Assembly: GCA_963771175.1 (NCBI GenBank)
Contig: CAVYSY010000007.1
Location: 1-64,000 of the forward strand
Reading direction: 5' to 3'
Source: an uncultured delta proteobacterium
Lineage (GTDB): Bacteria > Myxococcota > Myxococcia > Myxococcales > Myxococcaceae
Length of the DNA stretch: 64,000 nucleotides
Below, piece after piece: positions 42,763 to 51,506 of this stretch. Numbering within the stretch: the stretch's first letter is position 1; every line of letters starts with the position of its first letter. A program made the translations under genes and the position numbers. The notes under the pieces are model-generated. The model saw nothing but the letters and a program-made list of their open reading frames with translations, ran no database searches and had not been told where the DNA came from.

Positions 42763-43482
42763 TTAGAAGAAGGCGGGGGCCTGCTCGGAGGCCGCCACGT
42801 ACTCCTCACGCGCGTCGCGCGGGCGCGTGTTGTAGGCGAGCGCCTCCTCCAGTCGAGCGGGCTTCTCGCCGCGCGGCGACATCATCAGCCGCATGAACAT
42901 CTCGTAGTCCAGCCGCAGGCGCGGGTTGGTGAGGCGCTCGTGGCCGATGGTGCTGAACGTCCGCCCCCCGTAGTCGTGCGAGGGGTACACCAACGTGTCC
43001 TCGGGCAGCGACAGCAGCCGCTGGAGGCTGCGGTACTCGGCCTCGGCGTCTCCCGTTGGCAGGTCCGTCCGCCCCGTGGCCCCGATGAGCAGCGTGTCCC
43101 CCGTGAACACCCGGTCCTCCATCCTCAGCACCCGCGAGTCCGCCGTGTGCCCCGGGGTCTCCCAGACCTCGATACGCAAGGCCCCCAGCTCCAGCACGTC
43201 GCCCTCGTGCAGCGGCTGTTGCACCGCGCCCACCGGCGCTCCCGCGTGCACCGAGCTCGTCATCCGTGCCAGCTCCCGGCCTCCCGACAGGTGGTCCGCG
43301 TGCGTGTGGGTGTCCACCACCAGGCCCAGCCGGAGCTGGTCCTTCCCGAGGCGCTGCAGGTAGCTCGGCACGAGCTCCAGCACCGGGTCCACGATGAGTG
43401 CCTCCCGTGTCCGCGGGTTGACGATGAGGTACGTGCGGCAGCTCGCCCCACCGTTCAACTCCTCGAAGATGAACCCCTTCAT
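42763..43482 (-). CDS. MBL-fold metallo-hydrolase, ETHE1/persulfide dioxygenase-like
   Basis: TYLI, IVDPV, DTHTHADHLSG, TPGHT, FTGDTLLIG..GRTD, YPSHDY, STIG.E...NPRL. Confidence 0.9.
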   Translation of the reverse strand: MKGFIFEELNGGASCRTYLIVNPRTREALIVDPVLELVPSYLQRLGKDQLRLGLVVDTHTHADHLSGGRELARMTSSVHAGAPVGAVQQPLHEGDVLELGALRIEVWETPGHTADSRVLRMEDRVFTGDTLLIGATGRTDLPTGDAEAEYRSLQRLLSLPEDTLVYPSHDYGGRTFSTIGHERLTNPRLRLDYEMFMRLMMSPRGEKPARLEEALAYNTRPRDAREEYVAASEQAPAFF

Positions 43483-43667
43483 CCCCTGCCTCCCTCGACC
43501 GGCTGCGCCGATGCACCGCAGCCGAGAGCAAGGTAGGCACGGACCGTCCGCCGCATGTCCGACCCGCCCGCCCGACGTCCGAGACGCCATCTGGTGGACG
43601 ATGGCGCGCCCCATGGGGTGAGCGCCGTGCCGCTCATGAAGCAGGCGGGCGAGCGTGCGCCCGCTGT

Positions 43668-44201
43668 TCAGCGGGAGGCGGCGGGTGCCGCCGCGCCCAG
43701 GTGCGCGTGCAGCGTCTCGGCGCGCACGTAGAGGAACTGCGCGTCGCCAAAGGCCAGCCCATCCCCGTCGACGAGCTGCTGCTCCTGGTCGCCCAGCGGC
43801 ACCGCGTTGACGAAGGTGCCGTTCATCGAGCCCGCGTCGCGCACGTAACAGCACCCATCCGCCGCGCTCCAGCGCATCAGCGCGTGGAACTTGGAGACGG
43901 ACGGGTCGTGGATGACCACCGAGCACGTCTCGATGCGCCCCACCGCGAACACCTCGCCGTCCATCTTCGGCTTGAGGAAGAGCACCTGCAGATGCTCGAA
44001 GCCCTGCAGCATCGCCATCAGCCGGTCCGCCAGCCGGGTGCGGTGCGCCATGTACACCGTGCGCGCCTGGCCCATCTGCATGGCCACCTGCTGGAAGACG
44101 GGAGAGGGGGGCTGTTGGATGAGCACCACCGGACCATGCTCGGCAAGGAACGTCCCGACGTCCACCCGACCCAGCGCTCGCAATTCCCTGACCGAAGACA
44201 T
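43668..44201 (-). CDS. FHA domain protein
   Basis: VGR...C.VVI.DPSVSKFHA, DAGSMNGTFVN. Confidence 0.9.
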   Translation of the reverse strand: MSSVRELRALGRVDVGTFLAEHGPVVLIQQPPSPVFQQVAMQMGQARTVYMAHRTRLADRLMAMLQGFEHLQVLFLKPKMDGEVFAVGRIETCSVVIHDPSVSKFHALMRWSAADGCCYVRDAGSMNGTFVNAVPLGDQEQQLVDGDGLAFGDAQFLYVRAETLHAHLGAAAPAASR

Positions 44202-44300
44202 GGGCCGCGAGGGTAGGCGCACACGCCGCGCGTGCCAAGGGCCTCGGCTCGGTTATGGTTCGCCCGCACACCACCCAGGCAGCCGCAGGAGGCTTCATCC

Positions 44301-45785
44301 ATGGCGAAGGCGAAGTACGTGCTGGCAGTGGACCAGGGCACCACCGGGACGCACGTCTCCATCCTCGACGACAAGCTGCGGGTGGTGGGCAGCGCGTACC
44401 GCGAGTTCACCCAGCACTTCCCCAAGCCCTCCTGGGTGGAGCACGACCTGGAGGAAATCTGGGCCACCGTCGAGCAGTGCATCCGCCTGGCCCTGAAGGA
44501 CGCGGGGCTGGCCGGCAAGGACATCTCCGCGGTGGGCATCACCAACCAGCGCGAGACGACCGGCCTGTGGATGCGTGAGGGCGGCAAGCCCCTGGGGCAC
44601 GCCATCGTGTGGCAGGACCGGCGCACCGCGCAACAGTGCGCGCGGCTGCGCGAGCAGGGCGAGGGACCCCGGGTGCACCAGACGACGGGCCTGGTGTTGG
44701 ACCCGTACTTCTCGGGCACCAAGCTCTCCTGGATGATGGAGCACATGAAGGGGGCCCGGAAGCGCGCCGAGAAGGGCGACGCGTGCTTCGGCACCATCGA
44801 CACCTGGCTCGTCTACAAGATGACGGGGGGCCAGTCGCACGTCACCGACGTCTCCAACGCCAGCCGCACGCTGCTGATGGACGTCACCCAGCTCAAGTGG
44901 GACGAGTCCATGCTCTCCCTCTTCGGCGTGCCGGGCGCGTGCCTGCCGGAGATTCGCGGCTCGGCCGAGAGCTACGGCACCACCCGGGGCATGCGCGGCC
45001 TGCCGGATGGCATCCCCATCACCGGCATGGCGGGGGACCAGCAGGCGGCCCTCTTCGGACAGGCGTGCTTCAGCCCCGGCGAGGCCAAGTGCACCTACGG
45101 CACCGGCGCCTTCCTGCTGATGAACACGGGCGACGCGCCGGTGTACTCGAAGGCGGGGCTGCTCACCACGGTGGCCTGGCGGATTGGCGACAAGACGTCC
45201 TACGCGCTGGAGGGCAGCTCCTTCATCGCCGGCGCCGCGGTGCAGTGGCTGCGCGACGGGCTGAAGGTCATCAAGAAGGCCGCGGACGTGGAGCCGCTCG
45301 CCGCCAGCGTGAAGGAGAGCGGGGATGTCGTCTTCGTCCCGGCGCTCGCGGGCCTCGGGGCCCCGCACTGGCGTCCCGAGGCGCGCGGCCTCTTCGCCGG
45401 CATCGACCGCTCCACCACGGTGGCCCACCTGGCGCGCGCGGCGCTCGAGGGCGTGGCGATGCAGATTCACGACCTGGCCGAGGCCATGCGCCGCGACAGC
45501 GGCCAGGAGATTCCGGCCTTCAAGGTGGACGGGGGCGCCGCGGCCAACAACCTGATGATGCAGTTCCAGGCGGACATCCTCGGCACCGAGGTGGTGCGCC
45601 CGCGGAACCTGCAGACGACCAGCCTGGGGGCCGCCTTCCTGGCGGGCCTGGGAGCCGGGGTGTGGAGCAGCACGGACGCCATCCGCCGCGCCTGGAAGGT
45701 GGACAAGGTCTTCAAGCCGAAGATGAAGGCGGAGGTGCGAGAGCGGTACCTCGCCAAGTGGCGGCGCGCGGTGGAGCGCGCCTGA
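44301..45785 (+). CDS. glpK: Glycerol kinase
   Basis: DQGTT, GITNQRETT, WQDRRT, DPYFSGTK, GDQQAALFGQ, KCTYGTG, YALEG, VDGG. Confidence 0.97.
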   Translation: MAKAKYVLAVDQGTTGTHVSILDDKLRVVGSAYREFTQHFPKPSWVEHDLEEIWATVEQCIRLALKDAGLAGKDISAVGITNQRETTGLWMREGGKPLGHAIVWQDRRTAQQCARLREQGEGPRVHQTTGLVLDPYFSGTKLSWMMEHMKGARKRAEKGDACFGTIDTWLVYKMTGGQSHVTDVSNASRTLLMDVTQLKWDESMLSLFGVPGACLPEIRGSAESYGTTRGMRGLPDGIPITGMAGDQQAALFGQACFSPGEAKCTYGTGAFLLMNTGDAPVYSKAGLLTTVAWRIGDKTSYALEGSSFIAGAAVQWLRDGLKVIKKAADVEPLAASVKESGDVVFVPALAGLGAPHWRPEARGLFAGIDRSTTVAHLARAALEGVAMQIHDLAEAMRRDSGQEIPAFKVDGGAAANNLMMQFQADILGTEVVRPRNLQTTSLGAAFLAGLGAGVWSSTDAIRRAWKVDKVFKPKMKAEVRERYLAKWRRAVERA

Positions 45786-45822
45786 GACAGCATCCCCCCA
45801 TTCGCGATAGGAGAAGGACCCG

Positions 45823-46134
45823 ATGGCCTACGACCGCACGCAGTTGACCCCCGAGGCCCTGAAGCAGTTCCTCGCCGAGCACCCCGAGTGGAAGCACGAG
45901 GGAGGGATGCTCCGCCGCACCTACGAGGCGCCGAGCTTCCTCGCGGGCATCGACTTCGTGAGCCGGGTGGCGAAGGCCGCCGAGGCGGCGGACCACCACC
46001 CGGACATCGACATCCGCTGGCGCAAGGTGACGCTGGCGCTGGTGACGCACGACGCGGGCGGCCTCACCTGGCGCGACACGAAGCTGGCGGCCGAGGCGGA
46101 CACGCTGTTCACCCAGGTGGTGAAGCAGGGCTGA
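45823..46134 (+). CDS. Pterin-4-alpha-carbinolamine dehydratase (PhhB-like)
   Basis: AEAADHHPDI, THDAGGLT..D. Confidence 0.93.
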   Translation: MAYDRTQLTPEALKQFLAEHPEWKHEGGMLRRTYEAPSFLAGIDFVSRVAKAAEAADHHPDIDIRWRKVTLALVTHDAGGLTWRDTKLAAEADTLFTQVVKQG

Positions 46135-47369
46135 TGCGCGCCGTCCTCTTCGTGTCGGTGGTGCTGCTGGCGACCCCGGCGGCGTGGGCACAGGACGAGG
46201 TGCCCGCGGCCACCCGGCCCGAGCGGCTGTACGTCAACTCGGGCGTGCTGATGGGCTCCTCGCGGGTGGTGGCGCTGGGCGGCGCCTACGTGGGCGTCGC
46301 CGAGGGCGTGGCCGGCTTCACCAACAACCTGGCCGCGCTCGCCCACCGCACCCCGTACCTGAACAAGGACTGGGACGTGGGCGTCACCCTGTCCTGGTTG
46401 GACCTGCCGCTGGCCAAGGCCAAGGGCAAGGACCTGGACAACGACGGCCTGGCCGACGACGCCCCCGAGACGCTCCAGCTCCTGGGCGCGGTGATGCTGC
46501 AGTACCGCAACTTCGGGCTCGGCTTCTCCTTGCGCAACCAACAGGTGGGCTACTGCAACACGCTCCACTGCGACGAGAGCGACTTGCTGAGCGTGTCGCT
46601 CCTCCAGACGGCGCTGGCGGGCGCGGTGGCGCTGGGGCGGGACGAGTTCATCCTCGGCTTCGGCATCTACAGCGCGCAGGCCGTCTTCAGCCACAAGTCG
46701 GAGGGTGACTGGCGGTACGGAGACACGGGCCTGGCGCTGGACATGCTGTACCGACCGCTCGGGAGGCCGTACCGGGTGGGGGTGTCGGTGCGACCCGAGG
46801 TGGTGGGCGCCTGGCGGCGGCAGGAGGGACAGGTGCCCTTCCTCGCGGGCCGGCAGCTCTACGCGGCGGTGGTGTCGCCGGCGGTGCTGTCGCTGGGAGT
46901 GAGCTGGCGACTGGGCGAGGGGGCGGAGAACTACAACCGGCTCTCCCCCGCGGCGCGCCGGCAGATGCTGGAAGGGGAGCACTTCTCCGAGGTGCCGCCC
47001 GAGGACGTGGTCGGAGCCCCCTCGGGCCGGTGGCTCATCAGCGTGCAGGCGGACTTCATCTCGCGGGTGGAGAACGCGGTGTCGGTGCACTCGTTCACGG
47101 CGCTCACCGAGCCGACGAGGGTGGGAGCCTCGGGGATGCTGCAGCCGCGCCTGGGCGTGGAGCACGAGACGTGGCCGGGGCGGCTGCGCACGCGGCTGGG
47201 GACGTTCATCGAGCCCTCGCCCTTCGAGGACCACCTGCCGAGGCCCCACTTCACGGGAGGCTTCGAGCTGTTCCTGTTCCGCTACTGGGAGGACTGGGCG
47301 CTGACGGCCTCGTTCGATGCCTCGCGCCGCTATTCCAACTTCGGCATCTCGGTGGGCTTCTGGAGATGA
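46134..47369 (+). CDS. Outer-membrane beta-barrel protein (FadL/PorV-like N-terminal motif)
   Basis: Signal peptide AWA; R..ALGGAYVGVAEG...NLAAL; C-terminal FGISVGFWR; TGATG overlap. Confidence 0.65.
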   Translation: MRAVLFVSVVLLATPAAWAQDEVPAATRPERLYVNSGVLMGSSRVVALGGAYVGVAEGVAGFTNNLAALAHRTPYLNKDWDVGVTLSWLDLPLAKAKGKDLDNDGLADDAPETLQLLGAVMLQYRNFGLGFSLRNQQVGYCNTLHCDESDLLSVSLLQTALAGAVALGRDEFILGFGIYSAQAVFSHKSEGDWRYGDTGLALDMLYRPLGRPYRVGVSVRPEVVGAWRRQEGQVPFLAGRQLYAAVVSPAVLSLGVSWRLGEGAENYNRLSPAARRQMLEGEHFSEVPPEDVVGAPSGRWLISVQADFISRVENAVSVHSFTALTEPTRVGASGMLQPRLGVEHETWPGRLRTRLGTFIEPSPFEDHLPRPHFTGGFELFLFRYWEDWALTASFDASRRYSNFGISVGFWR

Positions 47370-48259
47370 GCGAGCGCCACCCCTGGAGGACGGTGGCCTT
47401 CACGGTGCTGGCGCTCATCGGGTTCGCGGCCAACTCGCTGCTGTGCCGGGCGGCGCTGGAGAACGGGGCCTGGCGCATCGACGCGGCGAGCTTCACGAGC
47501 ATCCGGCTCGGCTCGGGTGCGCTCGTGCTGTGGCTGCTGCCGCGGGCGCGCGGAGGAGGAGAACGCCGGGGCTCATGGGGCTCGGCGCTGGCGCTGTTCG
47601 CCTACGCCGCGGGCTTCTCGCTGGCGTACGTGCGGATTCCCGCGGGAGTGGGCGCGCTCATCCTCTTCGGCTGCGTGCAGGCGACGATGCTGGGCGTGGG
47701 CCTCTTCCGGGGCGAGCGCCCCCGTCCGCGGGAGTGGCTGGGCTTCGTCATGGCGCTCGGAGGGCTCATCGTGCTGCGCCTGCCGGGAGCCACCGCGCCG
47801 GACCCGCTCGGGGCCACGCTGATGGCGGGGGCGGGCGTGGCGTGGGGCGTGTACTCGCTGCGAGGGCGCGGCAACGCGGACCCGCTGGCGGCCACGGCGG
47901 ACAACTTCCTGCGGAGCGTGCCGATGACGGCGGGGCTCTCCGTCCTGGGGCTCCTGGTGCTGGAAGCCCCGAGGGCGACTCCGGCGGGCGTGGGACTGGC
48001 GGTGGCGTCGGGGGCACTGGCGTCGGGCGTGGGCTACAGCCTGTGGTACGCGGCGCTGCCGTACCTGACGGCGATGCGGGCGGCGGTGGTGCAGCTCGCG
48101 GTGCCGGTGGTGGCGGCAGCGGGTGGCGTGCTGCTGCTCGGCGAGGCGCTGACGGTGCGGCTGGTGGGCGCGGGCAGTGCCCTGTTGTGCGGCGTGCTCC
48201 TGGCCCTCACGGCGCGCCAGCGCAAGGCCCCAGCGAAAGAGCCGGCCTCGGCGCGGTAG
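47366..48259 (+). CDS. DMT/EamA family transporter
   Basis: FAANSLLCRAAL, FTSIRLGSGA, GVAWGVYSL, GYSLWYAALP. Confidence 0.9.
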   Translation: MSERHPWRTVAFTVLALIGFAANSLLCRAALENGAWRIDAASFTSIRLGSGALVLWLLPRARGGGERRGSWGSALALFAYAAGFSLAYVRIPAGVGALILFGCVQATMLGVGLFRGERPRPREWLGFVMALGGLIVLRLPGATAPDPLGATLMAGAGVAWGVYSLRGRGNADPLAATADNFLRSVPMTAGLSVLGLLVLEAPRATPAGVGLAVASGALASGVGYSLWYAALPYLTAMRAAVVQLAVPVVAAAGGVLLLGEALTVRLVGAGSALLCGVLLALTARQRKAPAKEPASAR

Positions 48260-48599
48260 GCGGCAGGCTCAGCCGCGCCGGCCTGGGCGACGCCTCGCCG
48301 ACTGGCGCACGCCGGGGAGTGGACGGGGTGGGCCCTCCAGGTGCGCGGAGCGGAGCGGTCTGGCGGCTTGGGGCCTCAGCTCCCTCCCATCTTCGGGCAG
48401 GGGCCGCTCCCCCTCCCGCCGCAATGCCGGCGGGCTGAGCAGGCGAGCGTCCGGCCGCCAGTCGAACAGCAGGAGGGAGATCAGCACCATCGTCACCACC
48501 GTGCGCCGGAACGAGGGGGATTCCTGGAGGAGCAGTTGCGGATTCATCTGCCTCTTCCAACACCCGACCGCCGCGCCTTCATGCACCCCTGGACGCCGC

Positions 48600-48971
48600 T
48601 CAGTCGTCGAGGTCCCGATGGTCGCGCACCGGGAAGCAGGCCGGGCACGTCATGCTCCGGCGCGTGGGCGCGAGCGTGTGCGGGTCGATGTTCAGGTACT
48701 GGAGCACCCGCGCCGGGTGGCTGGGAATCCCCCGCGTCTTCAGGTGGAGCTCCGGCAGCCGGCTCAATCCCTGGACGAGCATATCCAGGGCGAAGTCCTG
48801 GAAGGTGTTCACCCTGCTGAAATCCAACTCCATGTGGCCCGCGTCGGCCCGACGCTGGAGGAGCGCCAGGACATCCCGGGCGGCCCTGGCATCGAAGGTT
48901 CCGTGCAGCTCGATGCAGGCGCGCGAGGGGGGCAACTCCCTCTCTTGCTGGATGGGCGCTGTCTGGTTCAT
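48600..48971 (-). CDS. STAS-domain (anti-anti-sigma-like) small protein
   Basis: IELHGTFD..AA, LDFSRV..FQDFAL, RVLQYL; GGAGG RBS. Confidence 0.75.
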   Translation of the reverse strand: MNQTAPIQQERELPPSRACIELHGTFDARAARDVLALLQRRADAGHMELDFSRVNTFQDFALDMLVQGLSRLPELHLKTRGIPSHPARVLQYLNIDPHTLAPTRRSMTCPACFPVRDHRDLDD

Positions 48972-49001
48972 GGACGTTCCTCCTTCCCAGCTCACCCTGA
49001 T

Positions 49002-49017
49002 TGAAAGATGCGTGCCA
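49002..49017 (-). promoter_or_regulatory. Possible sigma54 promoter of the STAS gene
   Basis: Minus strand TGGCACG-CATC-TTTCA: perfect -24 box, -12 box has TC instead of GC; 30 nt upstream of the ATG. Confidence 0.45.
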
Positions 49018-49204
49018 GCCGATCCGCCCGGGGATTCCGGGCGCCGGGCGCAATTCGTGCGCTTCCGCACACCCTGGCGTGCAGTCGCTGCGCCCCTCCC
49101 CCAAGGACGCATCTCTCGTTTCCTGGGTCCCTACCGGGCGAGAGCGGCCCCTGGGGAGCGGCCTTGCACCTCCCACACCAGCGGGGAAGCCTCGCCCGCG
49201 GACG

Positions 49205-50305
49205 TCACAATCCTTTATCGAGCTCCTGGAGCACGAGAGTGACGGCGGCCTTCGCGTTGACCCGCCCGAAACCGTAGAAGCCGCTGTAGGGCCTCATCTT
49301 GACGTTGTCCGTGAAGGACGTGTGGTCGAAGGAGGCGAGCTGGCCGCTGGTGAGCGACCCGGCGGCGGTCTTCCACTTTCCGGCGGCGTGCGTGCAGGTC
49401 GCGTCGATCTTGTCGGCGCTCAGGCACAGGAGCGTCTTGACCTGCTTGGGCGTCAATTTGGGATTCGCCAGCAGCATCAGCGCCACCACCCCCGCGACCA
49501 TCGGGCACGCCGCTGACGTATTCCCGTGGTAATCGAAGTTCCTGTTCCCGGAGAGCCCCTGCTCGCCCTGGCCCGTGTTGGACGTGCTCACCGGTCGGAT
49601 TCCGCTGTCATCACTGCCGGGTGCACAGACCGTGATTCCGGGCCCGTAATTGGACCTGCCGCTCTTCACTTCCGGCCCGCCGGTCGCGTTGAGCGTCGAG
49701 CCGACCAGGATGGCGTCTTCGGCGAAGAGGACGTCCTTTCCCGCCAGGACCTCGTTCTCGTTGCCGGCCGCGAAGACGAACACCGTCTGGGCGCTCAGCT
49801 CCTTGATGAGGTCTCTCATCTTGTAGGCCTTCTGGGCCGCCTTCTTGTTCTCGCTGAAATAGCCCGGGCCGTAACCCCAGCTGCAGCTGATGACCCGCGC
49901 GCCGCGACCGCACAGCTCCCGGAACATCTGCTCGTCGTCGTTGAAATTGTCGCTCGGCGCGTAGCGCGCACCGAAGAGGGAGAGCGTGAACTCAACGCAG
50001 GAGGTCGCCACGCCTCCCAGGAACTGCCCTTCCGCGCTCCCTCCGATCAACCCGGCGCACAAGGTCCCGTGCGAGTTGGTGCCGTTCTTCACGGGCGAGC
50101 CGCCCTCGAAGGAGAGGGAGCCCTCGGCATTGATGACCGACGCGAGGTTCGGGTGCTCGATGTCGCAGCCGTTATCGAGGACGGCCACATTGACGGAGGC
50201 CGGCTCCGTGTACCTCCACCCGTTCTCGGCGGAGGCGGGCACATAACGACCGGCAACCAACGTGCGCGCCTTGGGGATTTTCATCAACTCGTGCCATGTG
50301 GCCAT
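49205..50305 (-). CDS. S8 (subtilisin/kexin-like) serine peptidase without signal peptide or prodomain
   Basis: VAVLDNG (Asp), SHGTLCAG (His), FAAGNE (oxyanion Asn), GNTSAACPMVAG (Ser), YGFGRVNA; GGAGG RBS. Confidence 0.85.
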   Translation of the reverse strand: MATWHELMKIPKARTLVAGRYVPASAENGWRYTEPASVNVAVLDNGCDIEHPNLASVINAEGSLSFEGGSPVKNGTNSHGTLCAGLIGGSAEGQFLGGVATSCVEFTLSLFGARYAPSDNFNDDEQMFRELCGRGARVISCSWGYGPGYFSENKKAAQKAYKMRDLIKELSAQTVFVFAAGNENEVLAGKDVLFAEDAILVGSTLNATGGPEVKSGRSNYGPGITVCAPGSDDSGIRPVSTSNTGQGEQGLSGNRNFDYHGNTSAACPMVAGVVALMLLANPKLTPKQVKTLLCLSADKIDATCTHAAGKWKTAAGSLTSGQLASFDHTSFTDNVKMRPYSGFYGFGRVNAKAAVTLVLQELDKGL

Positions 50306-50414
50306 GTTGGATGTCCTCCAGGCACGAGCCTATACGAGCCCTCCCCGGACCACCCAGGCCTTCGCGAACCTCAAGTCCCCACGGCTACCCGGGAGACACG
50401 TGGTGATGTGCGGC

Positions 50415-51491
50415 TCAGCCCGCGTTGCGCAGGAACGTCGCCAGCTTCTCGTAGGCCACCGCCAGCGCGGGGATGGGGGCGCTCTCGTTCGCCTGGTGCG
50501 CCTGCGCCGTCTCGCCCGGCCCGAAGTTCACCGCGTCCACCCCGAGCTCGGAGAAGCGCGCCACGTCCGTCCACGCCTGCTTCGACGCCGCCGGCAGCCC
50601 CGTCAGCGCCATCAGCCCCTGGAACAGCGGGTTGTCCGCGCACACCCGGCCGCTCGGCGCCAGGTCCGTGAACTCCACCTCCGCCGCGTCCCCCACCAGC
50701 TCCCGCACGTCCTGCTGCGCCCGCTCCACGCTCTTCCCCGGCGCGAACCGGTAGTTGAGGTTGAGCTCGAACGCCTCCGGAATCACGTTGCGCGCCCGCC
50801 CTCCCGAGGCCTTCGTGATGTTCATCACCTCATAGAAGGAGAACTCGCCCTGCACCACCTCGCGCCGAGGCAGCGCCAGCAGGTGCGCCAGCAGCGGCCC
50901 CGCCTTGTGGATGGCGTTCTCCCCCTGCCAGGGCCTCGCCGAGTGCGCGCTCCGCCCCTTGAACCGCAGCGTCACGTGCAGGCTCCCCACGCACCCCACC
51001 TGCACCACCCCGTCCGTCGGCTCCATCGCGATGCCGAACTTCACCCGCTTGAGCTCCGGCCGCGTGTCGAACAGCGGCCCCAGCCCGCTCTCCAGGTAGG
51101 GACCCTCCTCGCGCTCGTAGAGCACCACCACCAGGTTCACCGGCAGCTCGGCACGCGGCAGGTCCTCCGCCAGCGCCATCATCACCGCCAGCCCGCCCTT
51201 CATGTCCGAGGCGCCCAGGCCGAAGACGCGCTCCCCTTCAAGCCTCGGCTCCCGGTCGTTCGGGTGCGCGGGCACCGTGTCCAGGTGACCCACCAGCGCC
51301 ACCGTGGGCCTGTCGTCCCGCAGGTTCCCCAGCACCAGCGAGTGCCCCAGCCGGAACACCTCGCGCTGCGGAAAGAGCCCGCGCGCCCAGCGCTCCACGT
51401 GGTCGGCGATGGCCCGCTCCTCCCCGATGGGGCTGGGAATCCGACACAGGGCCAACGTGGACTGGGCAAGGCGGGTCGCGAGGTCGCTCAT
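50415..51491 (-). CDS. dapE: Succinyl-diaminopimelate desuccinylase (M20)
   Basis: GHLDTVP, GLGASDMKGG, REEG, HSARPWQGENAIH, WTDVARF, NFGPG..AH. Confidence 0.85.
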   Translation of the reverse strand: MSDLATRLAQSTLALCRIPSPIGEERAIADHVERWARGLFPQREVFRLGHSLVLGNLRDDRPTVALVGHLDTVPAHPNDREPRLEGERVFGLGASDMKGGLAVMMALAEDLPRAELPVNLVVVLYEREEGPYLESGLGPLFDTRPELKRVKFGIAMEPTDGVVQVGCVGSLHVTLRFKGRSAHSARPWQGENAIHKAGPLLAHLLALPRREVVQGEFSFYEVMNITKASGGRARNVIPEAFELNLNYRFAPGKSVERAQQDVRELVGDAAEVEFTDLAPSGRVCADNPLFQGLMALTGLPAASKQAWTDVARFSELGVDAVNFGPGETAQAHQANESAPIPALAVAYEKLATFLRNAG

Positions 51492-51506
51492 CTTCCGCTC
51501 GAAAGG

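Noticed and set aside
44215..44240. TTGGCACG sigma54-like box upstream of the FHA gene
   Set aside because: The -12 element is absent at the required spacing
48269..48547. Small minus-strand ORF (MNPQLLLQ..) downstream of the STAS gene
   Set aside because: It has a plausible RBS and a short hydrophobic stretch, but the rest is low-complexity with no recognisable motif; not enough support
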